Origin: Candidatus Hermodarchaeum yapensis
GTDB taxonomy: Archaea; Asgardarchaeota; Hermodarchaeia; Hermodarchaeales; Hermodarchaeaceae
Length of the DNA stretch: 46,623 nucleotides
Assembly: GCA_016840405.1 (NCBI GenBank)
Contig: JAEOSK010000021.1
Coordinates: 1-46,623, forward strand
Direction: 5' to 3'
In this document: piece by piece, positions 1 to 10,157 of the stretch
How the letters are laid out: the number at the start of each line of letters is the position of its first letter
Position numbering within the stretch: the first letter of the stretch is position 1
Made by a program: the position numbers and the translations under genes
Notes under the pieces: model-generated
What the model saw: the letters and a program-made list of their open reading frames with translations, nothing else
What the model was told of the DNA's origin: nothing
Databases searched by the model: none

Positions 1-3000
1 GGGATAGCTGTAGCAACAAAGGCGAGGTTAGCATTTCCATACGCATCTTGCATTAAGCCGGTCATTTGATCGGGTCGAGTATCAATCCGTCGTTGGTCCC
101 GGCCTGATAGTGTGGGTGTTCTACCCTTTCCTAGAGTAGCGGCCATTTTCCGCATTTTCCGGACGAGCCATGGAAAGGCAAAGATCCGAGTATAGAGGAG
201 CCACCCAATTAGTATCATGAGCCCGATAATGGCAGCGATGAGTCCGATAGCAATAGCACTTTGGGTGATTGGATGCGTTCGTACACGAAGTTGGAGTACA
301 AAATCGGCAGGCTCATGGTTTTCGACTCCACCCCGAATAGTAAGATCATGGAAACCGTCAAATGGTGCTGAGAGCCCAATAACCTCGTACACTCCAGGTA
401 ATCCTGGAACTTCAACCATTAACTGGTTGAGAACGCCAATACTGGGAATGTCGAGAAACAATGTAGCACCAGTAATTGGAGTTCCATGATGTGTGTCAGT
501 GAAGTTAACCCGGACGCGGAATAAATCACCAACAAAAAGTTCATGATATGTAGTTTGATTGAGTACAGGATTAACTAGAAAGACTTCAGTGGGAACCAGA
601 CGAATTTCAATAGATAGTGGGAGAATAGCTACGTCAAAGTTCGGCGAGTAAAAAGCCACAGCAGCAGAATAAGACCCAATGGGAATTGCGGATGTATCGA
701 TTATAACTTGATAAATTCCATTGCCAAGGGAGTCGATTGGTAGGCTGCCAACTTGGTAGTTGATGTTCCCTGTGGCATTCGAAATGAGTTGATCCCAATA
801 CCCTGTGTAATTGAAGGTTAGAATGAGCATGTCACCAACAGGGGCCCAAATTTCAGAGGGATCCAGATCGATGGTAATGGAACCGGATTGATCTTCGGTT
901 TGTGCATTGATGAGCATTGTTTCAGTAGGTTGTTCTTGGACCAAGAGGAGGATTTGGGCTGTAGCATCCTCATATGCTGCAATTTGTGCTCGTATGGTGA
1001 TAGTGTATGTGCCGACAGATATGCTGACAACATGAAGGGTTTCCTCATACCATCCAGGTATACCAGTAGGTTGCATGGTTCCTGAGAACCCAATGCCGAA
1101 GTATTGAGGTTCTGCACTAGTAATTGGCTGGTTTTCAGCGGTGTCATTCAAATACACTGCAAAGGTTACTGTGTCATTCCAGAATACAGTGTAGGAATAA
1201 AATTCTGGAATTATTTCTACTTCGCGTCCACGAATGACTATGCTTACTGATAAAAAGGCCTGCCAATAGTCAACTGGAGCATCGGCATCTAGAAAGAACC
1301 GGATTTGATAGGTTTCATTAACGAGGTAGAGGGATGCGTCAAAGGTCATAGAAAAGTTGCCGATTTCGCCAGGTACAGGTGTTAATTGTCCAGAATCTAC
1401 TTGATCTGCTGTAGAGTTGAAAAGGGTCCAGTTGGCAATGTATGGAATTGATGTGGCTTGCACGTCAATTCCTGCACCCCCTGCATCCAAATCTTGATAG
1501 AAGACCACAAAGTTCCTGGATACGTTATAGGGGATTTCGACAAAGGGAACCGTTGTAGGCGCTTTGAGAACTAGATCCGTTCGATGCTCTCTAGCCACTA
1601 CTCCAATCGCTGAAGTTGTGTCACCAATGCTACTGACGGTTAATGGAGTTGTCTGATTGTGGATGCGGAATCGCTCAATATATCGAACATTAACATCGTA
1701 TTGACCCGGGTACATGTATACAGATGCCGATGGACTTGCGTTGAGTGCAAAGATTGGCGTCCCACTAGTTGTCTCATCGAGGAAAACCTCAGCGTAAGTA
1801 GGTAGCGTTGAATCATCGTACCAGTCCCTGATGTGGAGGGTGAGATAACTAAGCTGACACTTAACGGTGCGGGCCCAACCGCGTTGTATGTTATGATTAA
1901 GAACTATTGATGTGGAATTGACTTGGAAGGTGACCGAACCGCCATAGGTAGAAAGTAAGGTGTAATTTGAAATAATTGAGTATGTATCATCATTTAACTT
2001 GGAAAAAATAATGGTTGAGGCTACCGTGGTTCCTGTTCGAATTAGATCTGAAGTACTATTGTAAACGTAAATGGTCACGTTCGAGATGTTTGAGCCTGTA
2101 ACATCCTGAGTTGTAATGGTTAGGATGTTATGGCGGTAGAGTTCTTGCTCACCAACAGTTAAGCTAACAGGATTATTCACTTTCGTGGTTTGGGATCGAA
2201 CTTCGTCGTAATTTGTTCCATATGCAGAAGTATAGACTGTGTAATCATAACTGAAGGTTTCACCTGTTGGCATAATGAAGAAGTCACCTTGATGACCCTC
2301 ACGGAGAATTTGTTGCAGCATAGTATTGTCACCCATGCCGCTAACAGCGAGAGATAGAACCTCCCAGCCCACAGGGTTGACTTTGGCAATTAATCCAAGG
2401 GTAGGATGCTGTGTGCCATCATAGCCAGGTTCACCGGCATCATCATACCAGACAAACCAGGGTTCAATAGGGAAGTCTCGACGACGCCCGTCAACGGATT
2501 CATTGTAGAGTCCGTATTTGGATCCATTCCAAGCTTTCCGGTTTTGGACCGCATCAACTGTTCCTGGAGTTCCAGAACCGCAAGTGAATGTCATAATATG
2601 AGGCCAATCACCATAGTTCTTGACATGGCACTGGGCACCTAACCACTGAGGATTCGCGGTTATGTCAAGAATGACATTGACAAGCGCAGTATCACCATGC
2701 CAATAGAAAGTGTAAGTAATTGTGTAGTTGAGAAAACCTGCAGCTCCATTACTCCCGCGATTAACAGTATCAGAGGTCTGATTACACCAAGGCGAAGCCG
2801 AATTGCAATATCCACCATCGCTTGTAACGATTTTAATTCGGGTGAATAGGGGTCCATCGTCAAGAATCCAAACCCCAGCGCCTGAAATCCACGCTTCGGC
2901 AGGATTATCGGGTGCGACATTGGCTCGAGTAGCAGAACTAGAACCCATGCCCGTATCAACTCCTAGGGGGTCAAGGGCAAATTCGCCTAAGAGCATATAT

Positions 3001-3827
3001 TGTAGGTTTGTTCCTAATCCTGTACCATTATTGGTATCGAGTGCATCAACATCGCCATATCGGACGGCGATTAGACCACATGCAGGTCCACCCCAATCAG
3101 AGCCTCCGCGTAGCATATCGGTGAGAAGTATAGAGGCATGTTCATATTGTGTAGCAGCGGAACGAATGTAGACCATGTCAACATTTGTGAAATTTGTGCT
3201 TGTGACATCGGAATACACCCAGGGCATGGTTGAATCATCAGTAATAGGTCCGTTTGATGGGATTGCCGTGATCCGGTCGGTGTAGCTTGGAGCAACGGAG
3301 TAATCATCGTCGTAATAGATGTAGAAAACTTCCTGATAGTTCTGTGTGATATTCACGAGAAAACAAACGGTGCAAGAATCATAGAATGTGGTATGGGTGG
3401 TGGCATTCCATATTTGAGAGGGGACTTCGTGCCAGCTGGCAAGATCCCAGTAGGCTACAGCAATAATTCCTTGACGAGCGACGTCACCTGTGAAGGTGAG
3501 GGAAACATGAACCGGTTCCATGTTTCGGGATGCGATATCCGGTTCAATGATGATGATTTTTCGTCGGTAATCATAATTGGTATCCCACCATTCGGTGAGG
3601 GTCTCACGACCTGTTCCGAGGGGGTGATCCGGTGGTGTTGGGGACTCTTCTTCGGAGGGAAGGACAATAAGGTCAGTTGGAGGAAAGGAAGGAGTAAAAG
3701 GTGAAAATGGCGTCTGTGCGGTATCACTCACAAACGAACCTGCCCCAATATTTGGAATCATTGGAACAGTAAAGTCGAGTAAAAAGTAAATTAGAAAGAG
3801 TCCTAAAACTAGATGACGTTTTCGCAT
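1..3827 (-). CDS. Giant secreted/membrane-anchored surface glycoprotein, partial (>=1275 aa, runs off the left edge): signal peptide, DUF2341-like N-terminal region, Ig-like beta-rich repeats, C-terminal TM helix and cytoplasmic tail
   Basis: Not in the ORF track because there is no stop in the window. Read by hand from ATG at 3827 (SD-like GGAGTGA upstream), with no in-frame stop down to base 3. N-terminus MRKRHLVLGLFLIYFLL; WWDTNYDYRRKI motif; many N-x-S/T sequons; TM segment AIAIGLIAAIIGLMILIGWLLY at ~190-260 followed by basic VRKMRKM. Confidence 0.9.
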   Translation of the reverse strand, partial: MRKRHLVLGLFLIYFLLDFTVPMIPNIGAGSFVSDTAQTPFSPFTPSFPPTDLIVLPSEEESPTPPDHPLGTGRETLTEWWDTNYDYRRKIIIIEPDIASRNMEPVHVSLTFTGDVARQGIIAVAYWDLASWHEVPSQIWNATTHTTFYDSCTVCFLVNITQNYQEVFYIYYDDDYSVAPSYTDRITAIPSNGPITDDSTMPWVYSDVTSTNFTNVDMVYIRSAATQYEHASILLTDMLRGGSDWGGPACGLIAVRYGDVDALDTNNGTGLGTNLQYMLLGEFALDPLGVDTGMGSSSATRANVAPDNPAEAWISGAGVWILDDGPLFTRIKIVTSDGGYCNSASPWCNQTSDTVNRGSNGAAGFLNYTITYTFYWHGDTALVNVILDITANPQWLGAQCHVKNYGDWPHIMTFTCGSGTPGTVDAVQNRKAWNGSKYGLYNESVDGRRRDFPIEPWFVWYDDAGEPGYDGTQHPTLGLIAKVNPVGWEVLSLAVSGMGDNTMLQQILREGHQGDFFIMPTGETFSYDYTVYTSAYGTNYDEVRSQTTKVNNPVSLTVGEQELYRHNILTITTQDVTGSNISNVTIYVYNSTSDLIRTGTTVASTIIFSKLNDDTYSIISNYTLLSTYGGSVTFQVNSTSIVLNHNIQRGWARTVKCQLSYLTLHIRDWYDDSTLPTYAEVFLDETTSGTPIFALNASPSASVYMYPGQYDVNVRYIERFRIHNQTTPLTVSSIGDTTSAIGVVAREHRTDLVLKAPTTVPFVEIPYNVSRNFVVFYQDLDAGGAGIDVQATSIPYIANWTLFNSTADQVDSGQLTPVPGEIGNFSMTFDASLYLVNETYQIRFFLDADAPVDYWQAFLSVSIVIRGREVEIIPEFYSYTVFWNDTVTFAVYLNDTAENQPITSAEPQYFGIGFSGTMQPTGIPGWYEETLHVVSISVGTYTITIRAQIAAYEDATAQILLLVQEQPTETMLINAQTEDQSGSITIDLDPSEIWAPVGDMLILTFNYTGYWDQLISNATGNINYQVGSLPIDSLGNGIYQVIIDTSAIPIGSYSAAVAFYSPNFDVAILPLSIEIRLVPTEVFLVNPVLNQTTYHELFVGDLFRVRVNFTDTHHGTPITGATLFLDIPSIGVLNQLMVEVPGLPGVYEVIGLSAPFDGFHDLTIRGGVENHEPADFVLQLRVRTHPITQSAIAIGLIAAIIGLMILIGWLLYTRIFAFPWLVRKMRKMAATLGKGRTPTLSGRDQRRIDTRPDQMTGLMQDAYGNANLAFVATAI

Positions 3828-3986
3828 CCCAAATCACTCCTTAATGTAAGGATAACATATGTCGGTTACAACTAGTCAGACATGGTGCTTTAATGGTTTT
3901 GTCTGATTTGGGGGGAATTGGCATATTCTTTGGTTTCTGCGAAGGGCTGGAAGAGGCTTGTTGGTTCAGATTCGATGCTGAAAATC

Positions 3987-4751
3987 CTATTTATCCAAGA
4001 CTTTAGGTTCTCGTTTCTCCAAGAAGGCTTTGATTCCTTCTTTGGCATTTTCTGAATCAAAGGATTCGCCGAAAAAGCGAGCTTCAAGTTTAAGACCTTC
4101 TTCCAGTGGGAGGTACATTGCCTGTTTCATCGCCTTCTTGGCTAGCTGGATTGCGACAAGTCCACGACTGGCTATACGTTTCGCAAGATCCATCGCGGTG
4201 GGGAGAAGTTCTTCAAGGGGAACGACCTTGTAAACGAATCCCATCATCTCAGAAGCGGGAACGATATCACCGGTAAGAATGAGTTCGCGGGCACGCTGAG
4301 GCTCCATCCAGCGCTGAAGGCGTTGGGTACCACCCCACCCAGGAATGATACCGAGTTTGATTTCCGTTTGTCCGAAACGGGCGTTTTCCGATGCGATGAT
4401 GAAATCGCAAGCTTGGGAAATTTCCATTCCACCACCCAGTGCGTACCCATTCACTGCCACGATTATGACCTTGCTGTGTTGTTCTAAGAAGAGAGTGAAC
4501 TTTTGACCCTGTCGCGCGAGTTTTTCAGCAGCCTTTCCATCAAGTCCAATGAATTGTTTGATGTCTGCACCACCCACAAAAAATCTGTCACCAGCACCGG
4601 TGAGGATAATCACCTTTGTGTCATCTTGGTTCAGTTCGGCGAACAGTTTCTGTAAGGCGTTGAAGACCTCAGGATTGAGTGCATTCGCAGGTGGATTGTT
4701 TATCGTAATGATGGCAATCTGGTTTTCCTTTTTCAATTCGACTTTGGACAT
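3987..4751 (-). CDS. Enoyl-CoA hydratase/isomerase (crotonase family)
   Basis: FVGGADI, VNGYALGGGMEI and TEIKLGIIPGWGGTQRL motifs, with both catalytic Glu present. Confidence 0.93.
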   Translation of the reverse strand: MSKVELKKENQIAIITINNPPANALNPEVFNALQKLFAELNQDDTKVIILTGAGDRFFVGGADIKQFIGLDGKAAEKLARQGQKFTLFLEQHSKVIIVAVNGYALGGGMEISQACDFIIASENARFGQTEIKLGIIPGWGGTQRLQRWMEPQRARELILTGDIVPASEMMGFVYKVVPLEELLPTAMDLAKRIASRGLVAIQLAKKAMKQAMYLPLEEGLKLEARFFGESFDSENAKEGIKAFLEKREPKVLDK

Positions 4752-4881
4752 CTTCTATTCTGCTCCAAAGGGATGTGAGTTGAACAGTTCTTAGCGATAC
4801 AAAGTTCCTTTAACCCTTTTCCTTTCTAAGAGTTATGAATAACCCTGACCTTTATAGCAGAAAGAGGGGGCAGAGAAGAAA

Positions 4882-5787
4882 GTGAGGATGGTCAGTATGC
4901 AGTTTGGTATAACAGCTTTAGATTGGTCAACGGTTATGTCGCAGCTGTTTTCTAAAGGGACGTTGGATTTTAGTCAGTTTGATTTCGCTGAAATTATGCG
5001 TATAACTCACAATCAGGGATTTTCCTTAATGGAACTAACCTTGGATATTGGTTATGTGCTTCCTGGGGCATTATCTGAAAATCAGATAGCGAGTTTACTT
5101 TCAGTGAAAGACGAATTAGATCTCACGTATACTGCCCATTTACCACTTTGGTCAATTGAACCGTCTAGCCCGAATGCCTTCATCCGAGAAGCCTCCGTTG
5201 ACTGCTTAGTCGATGCCATTAGGATAGTCAGGCCCCTTGACCCCGAAGTGTATGTTATGCATAACGCGGGTTGGCTCGGTGCAGAGTTTGGGGAGTTTGA
5301 TGTTACTCCGCAATACAAGCCCTATCTTTTCGAAGTATTGGGTGGATTGGCTGAACAGAGTGTTAAAGAATTGTTACAGCGCACTGGACTTCCATCACGG
5401 AAAATTGCTTTGGAGTCTATTGAATTTCCTTTTGAATATACGTGGCGTCTTGCTGAACGATTAGATACATCGATTTGTTTGGATACGGGTCATGTTCTCT
5501 CTGGTCAATCTGGTTCAACGGATTTACTGGGTTTTGTCGATCGTTATCATAGTCGGCTGAGTGAGGTTCATTTACATGATGGAGCCGTGAGACCCGTGGA
5601 AGGGAAACGGTTTCCGTATTTTGACCATCAAGTATTAGGTAAGGGGGACATGCCTGTTGCGGAGTTCCTTACCGCGCTAGATGAGTGCGGGTTTGATGGT
5701 CCAGTGATTTTTGAGTTGAATCGAGAGGATGCGCTGGAGTCATTGAAGGTAATCCGAAAGTTTTTACCGGATTTTCCGATTGAATGA
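4882..5787 (+). CDS. AP-endonuclease-2/xylose-isomerase-like TIM barrel metallohydrolase, resembling cobamide-remodelling phosphodiesterase CbiR
   Basis: LTYTAHLPL, PEVYVMH, IALESIEFPF, CLDTGH, VHLHDG, DHQVLG and VIFEL metal-binding motifs. Confidence 0.72.
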   Translation: MRMVSMQFGITALDWSTVMSQLFSKGTLDFSQFDFAEIMRITHNQGFSLMELTLDIGYVLPGALSENQIASLLSVKDELDLTYTAHLPLWSIEPSSPNAFIREASVDCLVDAIRIVRPLDPEVYVMHNAGWLGAEFGEFDVTPQYKPYLFEVLGGLAEQSVKELLQRTGLPSRKIALESIEFPFEYTWRLAERLDTSICLDTGHVLSGQSGSTDLLGFVDRYHSRLSEVHLHDGAVRPVEGKRFPYFDHQVLGKGDMPVAEFLTALDECGFDGPVIFELNREDALESLKVIRKFLPDFPIE

Positions 5788-5790
5788 CCA

Positions 5791-6708
5791 GTGAGGGAGA
5801 TTTTAGTTGTGAAGCAATTTGTGGACTTGCATGTTCACACAACCGCCTCAGATGGCATTGAATCACCAACACAGGTAGTCAGCAAAGCACATGAATTAGG
5901 ATTAGCTGGTATTGCCATCACCGACCACGATACTACTCATGGTGTGGATGAAGGGGTCCGAGTCGGGACGAATTTGGGTATAGAGGTGGTGCCTGGAGTT
6001 GAGATTAGTTGTAAATGGTTGGACCACCGAATTCACCTCTTAGGTTTTTACATTGATACGATGGACACGGGTCTTCGTTCACTACTTGAGTGGATGCAGG
6101 CAGGACGTGAGGCCCGATTACCCAAAATGTTAGCTAGGCTTAAGGCGTTGGGTATTGATATTGATCAACAGGAAGTGGAAGCAGAGGCTGCAGGCGAATC
6201 TACAGGGCGCCCCCATCTTGCCCGTGTATTAGTTCGCAATGGAGTTGTATCATCGTTAGAGGAAGCATTTGACAAGTATCTAGCATTTGGACGTCCTGCC
6301 TATGCCGAACGCCCACGACCCACCATTGCTGAAGGGATTCAAGCAATTCTTGATGCGAAGGGTCTCCCGGTCATTGCCCACCCTCTTACCGTGAACCTCT
6401 CACCGAGAGAGTTGATATCCCCACTCGTTAAACAAGGGCTTCAAGGAATTGAAGTCTATTACCCCTGGCAGGATGTAACAGGACAACCTCCAGAATGGTA
6501 TGCAACAATTGATTCACAATTAGCATTATTGGACGAGTTAGCCGAAGAGTTCGAATTAATCCTAACTGGAGGATCTGATTACCATGGACTAGTACCTGGA
6601 AAAGCGGATTTGGGATCGATTCCTGTCCCCGTGTCTAGGTTAGAATCTTTACAACAGCGCTACAAGACCCTTTTTGGTAAGCTACCATCCACTTCAAAAC
6701 CCGCATAA
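5791..6708 (+). CDS. PHP-domain metal-dependent phosphoesterase (TrpH/YciV-like)
   Basis: DLHVHTTASDG, ITDHDT, PGVEIS, GRPHLA, IAHP and GGSDYHG motifs; starts 3 bp after the upstream gene. Confidence 0.93.
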   Translation: MREILVVKQFVDLHVHTTASDGIESPTQVVSKAHELGLAGIAITDHDTTHGVDEGVRVGTNLGIEVVPGVEISCKWLDHRIHLLGFYIDTMDTGLRSLLEWMQAGREARLPKMLARLKALGIDIDQQEVEAEAAGESTGRPHLARVLVRNGVVSSLEEAFDKYLAFGRPAYAERPRPTIAEGIQAILDAKGLPVIAHPLTVNLSPRELISPLVKQGLQGIEVYYPWQDVTGQPPEWYATIDSQLALLDELAEEFELILTGGSDYHGLVPGKADLGSIPVPVSRLESLQQRYKTLFGKLPSTSKPA

Positions 6709-6720
6709 CAAAGGACAAGG

Positions 6721-6728
6721 TTTAAAAA
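6721..6728 (+). promoter_or_regulatory. Putative archaeal TATA box for the leader/beta-CASP transcript
   Basis: TTTAAAAA preceded by a purine-rich BRE-like stretch, about 25 nt before the start of the structured region. Confidence 0.5.
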
Positions 6729-6750
6729 CGCGTGTTTATGCTTCACACTC

Positions 6751-6955
6751 AGACAAGAGATAAGTGTTCAACGCCGAGGCGTGTCCAAAATAATTGATTT
6801 GACTTGGATACGAAACCTGGCGACAAAAACCCACTTGCGCGAAGGTTTCTCTGTTTAGTGAATCTTCAGATGAGGCAGAGTGGAAGAAACACCTAGCTTA
6901 CCTGTCCGTTCTGAACAAGTAGAAAGAGTTCAGACAAAGCGGGTTTACTTGTCAC
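6751..6955 (+). ncRNA. Candidate structured 5' leader / ncRNA (multi-stem)
   Basis: Stems: CGCCGAGG-CGTGTCCAA (6772-6788) with TTGGATACG-AAA-CCTGGCG (6804-6822); CTCTGTTT (6849-6856) with AGGCAGAG (6873-6880); TCTGAAC (6910-6916) with GTTCAGA (6928-6934); closing GACAAG (6752-6757) with CTTGTC (6948-6953). Confidence 0.5.
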
Positions 6956-6977
6956 GATTACAAAACCCAAAGAGGGA

Positions 6978-8300
6978 ATGATAGAAATGACAAAGATTAC
7001 ATTTCTCGGCGGTTGTCGGCAAGTCGGCGCTTCAGCAGTCCTAGTGGAACAAGGAGGCGCCCGAATCGTCATGGACTACGGCACTGCCTTCAACGGAACT
7101 CAACGAGTCCCGTTACCTACATCTACACGAAACCTAACCAGCGTACTTACTCACGCTCACCTTGACCATAGTGGTAATCTCCCCATGATAGCGGGAAGTC
7201 AAACCCACAGCGTTCCTATGTATACAACGAAGTTAACGAAAGAACTTGTTCGGCTTCTCCTAGATGACATGATCCGCATTGGAGGGGATTCGTTAGCCTT
7301 TGAACGCACTGAAGTGAAGAACTTGCTGAAGAACACGCAAACCCGGACCTACAATGAATCTTTCCAGGTTCATCCCAAGATGCGTGTAACTCTTCATGAT
7401 GCCGGACATATCCCGGGTAGTGCTTCGATTCTCGTCGAGACAGAAGCAAATGGAAATGGCGCAGCACGGATTTTCTATACGGGAGACCTGAACACAACCA
7501 ATACACAACTGGTTAAGGGTGCACCTAACCCACGCCAATTAGGTGACTTAGATGTGGTGATTGTAGAAAGCACGTACGCGCTTGAGAATCATCCATCACG
7601 AAAGAACACCGAAAAGGAGTTTGTGAAGAATGTGCGAAAGACCCTTGAAAATGGAGGAACAGCATTAATACCTGCATTTGCGGTTGGTCGATCGCAGGAA
7701 GTACTGACGGTTCTTGCACAGCACCGACACCAGGGGTTAGACTATCCGATTTTCCTAGATGGGATGGCTCGCAAGGTTACTCGTCTCATGCAAGGACAGT
7801 CTAAGTCCTTTTCAGGAGGCGAAAAGTTCAATAAAGCAGTCCAACAGGCAACCTTCATCCGGAAACACTCTGATCGTGAAGCGGCTACCAAGGACCCAGC
7901 AATCATCATTGCTCCGGCGGGAATGCTCAAGGGTGGAGCAGCTCAACGCTATATGAAGGACATTGCTGCAGATGCACACAGTACTGTGTTCTTAGTTGGT
8001 AAGCAACTTCCGGGTACTCCAGGAGCTGAACTCCTTCATCAAAGACAATTCAGGACAAAGACTGACAATGGAAAACCGAGTATCGTGCCTGTTAAAGCAC
8101 AGGTTGAATCCTACAATTTCTCCTGTCACGTAGACCGGCAGGATGTGATCAATTTCCTTCGACAAACACGAGGGAACCCAAAAATTCTTACGATGCACGG
8201 CGATGCAGCGGCGTGTGAGAGTCTTGCACAGACGATTCGCAACCGATTTGGATTTGATGCTGTTGCAGCCACATCCGGTCAAACCGTGACTATCAATTAA
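6978..8300 (+). CDS. MBL-fold beta-CASP ribonuclease (archaeal aCPSF2-like, no KH domains)
   Basis: FLGGCRQVGAS, THAHLDHSG, AGHIPGS, YTGD, ESTY, PAFAVGRSQE, FSCH and MHGD motifs. Confidence 0.9.
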   Translation: MIEMTKITFLGGCRQVGASAVLVEQGGARIVMDYGTAFNGTQRVPLPTSTRNLTSVLTHAHLDHSGNLPMIAGSQTHSVPMYTTKLTKELVRLLLDDMIRIGGDSLAFERTEVKNLLKNTQTRTYNESFQVHPKMRVTLHDAGHIPGSASILVETEANGNGAARIFYTGDLNTTNTQLVKGAPNPRQLGDLDVVIVESTYALENHPSRKNTEKEFVKNVRKTLENGGTALIPAFAVGRSQEVLTVLAQHRHQGLDYPIFLDGMARKVTRLMQGQSKSFSGGEKFNKAVQQATFIRKHSDREAATKDPAIIIAPAGMLKGGAAQRYMKDIAADAHSTVFLVGKQLPGTPGAELLHQRQFRTKTDNGKPSIVPVKAQVESYNFSCHVDRQDVINFLRQTRGNPKILTMHGDAAACESLAQTIRNRFGFDAVAATSGQTVTIN

Positions 8301-8363
8301 GACTTGTAGGAACGCAATAACCGTTTCGTAATGGATTCATCAATTCATGAACGGACGTGGTTG

Positions 8364-10010
8364 TTATTTTCCACGTAATTCTCGACGAAGTATTTTTCCA
8401 ACGGCACTTTTCGGAAGATCGTCGCGGAATTCGATAAGCCGAGGGTACTTATATGCCGCCATTTCTCGCTTAGCCCAGTCTCGAATTTCGTCCTCAGTGA
8501 TTTTACCTTTGGATTCTGGTTTAATAACGATGAAAGCCTTGACTTCTTCTCCTACTCTGGGAGTAGGTACACCGACAACAGCGCATTCGGCAACGTCTGG
8601 ATGGCGATAGAGTAAAGCCTCAACCTCTGCTGGAAAAACGGAGTAACCGCTGCGTTTGATGAGGTCCTTTTTACGATCGCCAATATAGAGATACCCGTCC
8701 TCGTCGAAGCGACCGAGATCTCCTGTGTGGATCCAGCCGCCCCGGAGAGTATTTGCAGTGGCGGCGGGTGCTTCCCAATATCCCTGAAAGATTTGAGGAC
8801 CTCTTGCGAGGATTTCGCCCCATTCATCAATTGGTAGTTCCTTGGAATCATCCATTTGGTCTACAATTTTCACGTCTGTATTGAAGGCGGGAATACCCAC
8901 CGATCCAGGTTTCAAAACGCCTTGGGGTATTAAGGTGAGAATAGGTGAGGTTTCGGTCATTCCATACCCTTCGACGATGTAGCTTCCGGTTTGTGATTGG
9001 AATTGCTCTAACACTTCAATGGGCAATGAAGCAGCACCTGAGAAACAATTCTCAAGACTACTAATGTCATATTGTTTCAGGTAGGGACTAGCTAATAGGG
9101 AGACATAGAGTGTTGGTACGGCCACAAGAACAGTGGCATTGTATTGCTGTATGCTTTTCATGATTTCTTTGAGATCAGGTCGTGGAATAAGAATAACTGA
9201 AGCAGCGATAAGAGCGGATAGAACGATGACACAGGAAAACCCAAAGGCGTGAAAGGCGGGAAGGATTCCTACGAAGCATTCTTCACCGAATCGAACATCG
9301 AACCATTGACTTCCAACTTTTGCGTTAAACATCAAGTTCCTGTGACTCAACATTGCTCCCTTCGGAGGTCCTGTTGTACCACCGGTATAGAGGAGAGCAG
9401 CGATTTCATCGTGATGACTCTCTATTATGGGAGCGCTTGTTGTTTGCTCTTTGAGGATTTTGGGAAGGAGATGAATATCAGAGCCTGTCGGAAGTTTAGG
9501 ATAAGGAATTTTTCGCGCGACCCGTCCAAGTGTTGCTTTTGCCTTGCTGAGATATTCGCCGATACGAGTATAGATGACCGATTCAACTGGTGTATCTTGT
9601 CGCCCTTCTTCGACGACTTTATGAAATATGTCTAAAGCAATGAGATGCTTTACTCCCGCTGAATGTAGTTGATGATGGAGCTCGTGATGTTTAAAAAGTG
9701 GGTTAATAGGTGTGACTATTGCACCGGCTTTGAGGGTTCCAAATAGAGCAATGGGGGATTGGGGAATGTTAGGCAGCATGAAGGCTACGCGATCTCCCCT
9801 TTGCACACCTAGATGGATTAAAGCGTTGGCTAGTTGATTCGAGAGCGCGTCGATTTCTTGGTATGTGATAGTGCGTCCTTGGAAGTAGTACGCTGGATTG
9901 TTTGGACACTGCTGGGCTGTAGCCGTAAGAGTTTCATGAATTGTTGAATCAGGGATTGCAATATCATGTGGTTTTCCTTCAGGCCAGCTTTTGTGCCAGA
10001 ACCGTTTCAT
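8364..10010 (-). CDS. Long-chain acyl-CoA ligase (AMP-forming)
   Basis: LYTGGTTGPPKG, EGYGMTET, HTGDLG and LPKSAVGKILRR motifs. Confidence 0.93.
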   Translation of the reverse strand: MKRFWHKSWPEGKPHDIAIPDSTIHETLTATAQQCPNNPAYYFQGRTITYQEIDALSNQLANALIHLGVQRGDRVAFMLPNIPQSPIALFGTLKAGAIVTPINPLFKHHELHHQLHSAGVKHLIALDIFHKVVEEGRQDTPVESVIYTRIGEYLSKAKATLGRVARKIPYPKLPTGSDIHLLPKILKEQTTSAPIIESHHDEIAALLYTGGTTGPPKGAMLSHRNLMFNAKVGSQWFDVRFGEECFVGILPAFHAFGFSCVIVLSALIAASVILIPRPDLKEIMKSIQQYNATVLVAVPTLYVSLLASPYLKQYDISSLENCFSGAASLPIEVLEQFQSQTGSYIVEGYGMTETSPILTLIPQGVLKPGSVGIPAFNTDVKIVDQMDDSKELPIDEWGEILARGPQIFQGYWEAPAATANTLRGGWIHTGDLGRFDEDGYLYIGDRKKDLIKRSGYSVFPAEVEALLYRHPDVAECAVVGVPTPRVGEEVKAFIVIKPESKGKITEDEIRDWAKREMAAYKYPRLIEFRDDLPKSAVGKILRRELRGK

Positions 10011-10157
10011 CTACTCACGTCCAATTGTGATTCAATCATTGTAATTCAGGTAGCATCTTTGGTATAAATGGTGTAGCATAGATTTCTTTCTGTGACCATT
10101 CGGAAGCCTTTTTGTCAGAAAGCAGTATAATCTCCGCATTATTCGTAAGACGAAATA

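Noticed and set aside
215-3727. Numerous short ORFs on both strands in the first 3.8 kb
   Set aside because: They are shadow frames of the single long minus-strand surface-protein gene
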